NCBI GenBank assembly: GCA_965243205.1
Contig: CBDEUK010000002.1
Coordinates: 1,600,001-1,664,000, forward strand
Length of the DNA: 64,000 bases
Direction of reading: 5' to 3'
Source: Gammaproteobacteria bacterium
GTDB lineage: Bacteria; Pseudomonadota; Gammaproteobacteria; Eutrophobiales; Eutrophobiaceae
This document shows positions 60,877 through 64,000 of the stretch, piece by piece. The notes under the pieces are model-generated. The model was not told where the DNA came from. It saw only the letters and a list, made by a program, of their open reading frames with translations, and did no database searches. A program made the translations under genes and the position numbers. Each line of letters opens with the position of its first letter. Positions within the stretch are counted from its first letter, which is position 1.

Positions 60877-63147
60877 TTATAAAGTGCTGTATTTTACACG
60901 TAATCTTTGTCTCACCAGCTCTGCGATTGTATTGAATGCAAATGTCGCGACAAACAATACTAAGCCGGCTAAAAATAAAATTCGATAATGGGTACTGTCT
61001 ACCTCAGACTCAGGCATTTCTACTGCGATATTGGCAGATAAGGCGCGAAAACCTTCAAAAATATTCATATCCATGATCGCTGTATTACCCGTTGCCATGA
61101 CCACGATCATCGTTTCACCCACGGCACGGCCTAAACCTATCATAATTGCTGAGAAAATCCCTGGACTCGCGGTTAATAAAACGACACGAACCATCGTCTG
61201 CCAACGTGTTGCACCGAGAGCTAAAGAGCCCGTGGTTAATTGCTTAGGCACACTGTAGATCGCATCTTCACTGATAGAAAATATTGTAGGAATGACAGCA
61301 AAACCCATCGCTATACCAACCACGAGTGAGTTACGTTGATCAAAATCTAATCCCAAATTATTAGTAATCCAAAACGGCATATTACCGTCAAACAAGGCTG
61401 CTTCAATCGGCTGACTAATATTGATACTAATGAAAATAGCTATGATAAAAACGGGTATCAGTAATGCAGATTCCCAACCGTCAGGTATAGTGAGCCTGAT
61501 AGAATCTGGCGTCTTGTGCCAAAGATACGAAGCTAAAAATGTTACTGACGGTAAAACAAACAAGAGAATAAAAAGTCCGGGCATATGCATTTCAACAAAT
61601 GGCGCAAACCAAAGCCCTGCTAAGAACCCTAAAATAACCGTGGGTAATGCTTCCATAATTTCAATGGTCGGTTTTACAAAACCTCGCATTTGTGGCGACA
61701 TAAAATAAGCCGTGTAAATTGCACCACAAATCGCCATAGGCACAGCGAACAACATTGCATAAAACGCAGCCTTTAATGTGCCAAAGGCAAGTGGCGTTAA
61801 ACTAAATTTAGGTTCAAAATCGCTGCTGGCAGAAGATGATTGCCAAATATATTCAGGCTTATCGCGGCTTTCATACCAGACTTTGCCCCAAATGGAATTC
61901 CAAGAAACTTCAGGGTGTTCATTATCGACATGCCAGTATTGTAATGATTTATCCGCTTTCTCTATCAATAATGCATTGGCTCGAGGAGAAATAGCTAATG
62001 ACAGTGGTGAATCTTGAGCAATTTTTTCTGACTTAACCACTCTGTGTGCAGTAGTGTGATAAATAGACAAATAACCGTCTTTATCTATGGCAGCAAAACC
62101 TTTACGGAAATATTCAGGGGCTATTTTTTGAATAGCAGAATCTTGCTCATCAAAATAGCGAATTTCTTTTAATGAATAATCATTATTCTCGTCACGGACT
62201 GGAAACCATTGTGTAATCCGCCCTCGACTATCGCCAACTAATATTGAAATACCTCCGCTTAAAAATTCTATACTAGAGATATTAACTTCATTTGGAACCA
62301 GCGTTACTTGATCGACCAAATTTGGTTTTTCAATATCGCTAATATCATAATATTCAACTTTTCCATCAATACGTACGACATAAAGCTCGCGTTGTTCGAC
62401 ATCAATTAAAATATGGGTTGGTTTTTGTTGTATTTCTAGGTAAGAACTGACTTCAGTAATTTCAACTTCATCACTGAGCATATTTTCTTCTTTAAGCAAC
62501 CCTTTTAAATAGACAGTATTGCCTGCGACAGCGGCAATAGTCACCTGCTCTTCATCGTATTGTGCGCTAACTATTTCGATAGCTTTTGTATCATCCGCAA
62601 TTTGGATAGGCTCTTCACCAAATGGAAACAAAAAAGACGGCGTTATCAAACGCTGATCGTTTGGATAAGTTACCTCATAATGATGTTGAATTAGGGAAAC
62701 ACTGCCATTATCAAAACCAAATGCTAATAATGCTTGAGACGCATCTCCATTAGAAAAAGCAGTAATGGCATTAGAAGAATCTTCAAAAAGTGTGTTTTGT
62801 AAAATAACTTCCCCATTTGCAGCTTTGAAGAATGTAAGTTCACCATCCTCACCAACTCTCAGAGCCACTTCTCTTTGTTCTTCCATTGCATAATACAAAC
62901 TAGTTTGTTGCGATCCTGGAACTGTATACTCCTTAATCAATTCGATATGCGCTGACTTGAACATTGGTAAAACTACATACAACAAATAGAACGCAATTAA
63001 AACAATTGCACCAATAACACTCACCCCTCCAAACGCCATTAAGTATTTCGTTAATGCATCGGTAATATCTCGACGTTTTCTGTGTCTTTTCGCAGCAGGG
63101 GAAGAAAAGTCAGGGAATGAACTTGTATTTTTAGTTGTTGTATTCAT
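60877..63147 (-). CDS. pstC: Phosphate ABC transporter permease PstC (long form with beta-rich periplasmic domain)
   Basis: WQSSS..DFEPKFSL.PL.FGTLKA, KPTIEIMEALPTV, GLGRAVGETMIV.MATGN. Confidence 0.94.
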   Translation of the reverse strand: MNTTTKNTSSFPDFSSPAAKRHRKRRDITDALTKYLMAFGGVSVIGAIVLIAFYLLYVVLPMFKSAHIELIKEYTVPGSQQTSLYYAMEEQREVALRVGEDGELTFFKAANGEVILQNTLFEDSSNAITAFSNGDASQALLAFGFDNGSVSLIQHHYEVTYPNDQRLITPSFLFPFGEEPIQIADDTKAIEIVSAQYDEEQVTIAAVAGNTVYLKGLLKEENMLSDEVEITEVSSYLEIQQKPTHILIDVEQRELYVVRIDGKVEYYDISDIEKPNLVDQVTLVPNEVNISSIEFLSGGISILVGDSRGRITQWFPVRDENNDYSLKEIRYFDEQDSAIQKIAPEYFRKGFAAIDKDGYLSIYHTTAHRVVKSEKIAQDSPLSLAISPRANALLIEKADKSLQYWHVDNEHPEVSWNSIWGKVWYESRDKPEYIWQSSSASSDFEPKFSLTPLAFGTLKAAFYAMLFAVPMAICGAIYTAYFMSPQMRGFVKPTIEIMEALPTVILGFLAGLWFAPFVEMHMPGLFILLFVLPSVTFLASYLWHKTPDSIRLTIPDGWESALLIPVFIIAIFISINISQPIEAALFDGNMPFWITNNLGLDFDQRNSLVVGIAMGFAVIPTIFSISEDAIYSVPKQLTTGSLALGATRWQTMVRVVLLTASPGIFSAIMIGLGRAVGETMIVVMATGNTAIMDMNIFEGFRALSANIAVEMPESEVDSTHYRILFLAGLVLFVATFAFNTIAELVRQRLRVKYSTL

Positions 63148-63153
63148 TTAATT

Positions 63154-63187
63154 ACTATAAGAGATGTTTGTGGCAACATTGTGAAGG
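63154..63187 (-). promoter_or_regulatory. Putative PhoB-dependent promoter (Pho box plus -10) upstream of pstC
   Basis: Minus strand CCTTCAC-AATG-TTGCCAC, 10 nt, TATAGT, 6 nt, ATG; same geometry as the E. coli phoA promoter. Confidence 0.55.
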
Positions 63188-63214
63188 CAATATAAACTAA
63201 GCGAATCTAGAAAG

Positions 63215-63244
63215 AAATAACCCCACAGAGAAGTGGGGTTATTT
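63215..63244 (-). terminator. Stem-loop after pstS (terminator or mRNA stabiliser)
   Basis: AAATAACCCCAC-AGAGAA-GTGGGGTTATTT, followed by TTTCTTT on the minus strand. Confidence 0.78.
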
Positions 63245-63279
63245 AATTATAAGAAATGGATTCTTGACTAAAAAAGCGG

Positions 63280-64000
63280 CTATTTCGAAATTTTGTTTAT
63301 TTCATTTTCTGCAACTTTAGCAGGTAATGGTATATATCCATCCTTTACTACGACTAGCTGACCGACTTTTGATAAAACCATTTTAACGAACTCAGTCTCG
63401 ATCGGACCTAGTGGTTTATTAGGCGCTTTGTTCACATAAACATATAAAAAACGACCTAATGGGTATTTACCCGCTGATGCATTTTCTGGGGTAGCTTCCA
63501 CAAATTTACCGCCTGGTTTTTTCGATAACGGAATCGCTTTAACACCCGAGGTTTTGTATCCAATACCTGAATAACCAATACCATTGATTGATTTGGTAAC
63601 ACCTTGAACAACAGACGCAGAACCAGGTTGTTCATTTACACTATTTTTGTAGTCACCTTTACATAAAGCTTTCTTCTTAAAGTAGCCATAAGTACCAGAA
63701 ACTGAATTTCGGCCGTATAACTGGACTGGACGGTTTGCCCATTCGCCTGTTAAACCTAGTTGGCCCCATTTGGTGATATTTTCTGAATAGCCACATTTGC
63801 GTGTTGCGGAAAAAACGGCATCGACCTGAGCAATAGACATTCCTTCAATTGGGTTATCTTTATGGGTATAGACAGCAAGCGCATCGATTGCAACTGCAAT
63901 AGGTGTTGGCTTATATCCGTATTTAGATTCAAAAGAAGCAATTTCTTTGTCCTTCATCTTACGACTCATTGGTCCGAAGTTTGAGGTGCCTTCTGTCAAA
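63280..64000 (-). CDS. pstS: Phosphate-binding protein PstS, 5'-truncated by the window end
   Basis: [55 protein letters not shown]; upstream of pstC. Confidence 0.94.
   Translation of the reverse strand, partial: LTEGTSNFGPMSRKMKDKEIASFESKYGYKPTPIAVAIDALAVYTHKDNPIEGMSIAQVDAVFSATRKCGYSENITKWGQLGLTGEWANRPVQLYGRNSVSGTYGYFKKKALCKGDYKNSVNEQPGSASVVQGVTKSINGIGYSGIGYKTSGVKAIPLSKKPGGKFVEATPENASAGKYPLGRFLYVYVNKAPNKPLGPIETEFVKMVLSKVGQLVVVKDGYIPLPAKVAENEINKISK

Noticed and set aside
59203-63147. Unusually long PstA and PstC with large periplasmic domains
   Set aside because: Known long-form architecture in pseudomonads and other Gammaproteobacteria; not novel
1-64000. CRISPR arrays, tRNA/rRNA, IS elements, integrases, prophage or defence genes
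   Set aside because: None seen by eye: no regularly spaced repeats, no spacer with tRNA features, no transposase, recombinase or nuclease motifs in the ORFs

Overview
AT-rich (roughly 35-40% GC by eye), densely packed gammaproteobacterial chromosome segment, almost all core genes: purC, glnS, ygfB-pepP-ubiH-ubiI, zapA and 6S RNA, ilvA/rpiA, dtd, hemF, hisB-hisH, HU, dusB-fis-purH-purD, sthA, MoxR-DUF58-transglutaminase, msbA, phosphoribulokinase, hemCDXY, gshB-tonB, cutA-dsbD-tlpA-aroQ-accBC-prmA, and a phosphate block (sixA, ppx, ppk1, pstSCAB-phoU; pstS cut by the window end). I see no integrase, transposase, prophage, CRISPR array, tRNA or rRNA, and no clearly novel multi-gene system. The best leads are: (1) an envelope trio of lipoprotein hydrolase, near-passengerless autotransporter barrel and secreted FecR-domain protein with no sigma partner (2.4-5.2 kb); (2) an orphan polytopic membrane protein with one CxxCH; (3) a diguanylate cyclase with a degenerate cNMP pocket appended to the transglutaminase operon; (4) a phoA-like Pho-box promoter placed to give a leaderless pstC mRNA; (5) two small two-helix membrane ORFs missed by the ORF track; (6) a hairpin occluding the dusB translation start. 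Family assignments come from recognised motifs and gene order, not from database searches.
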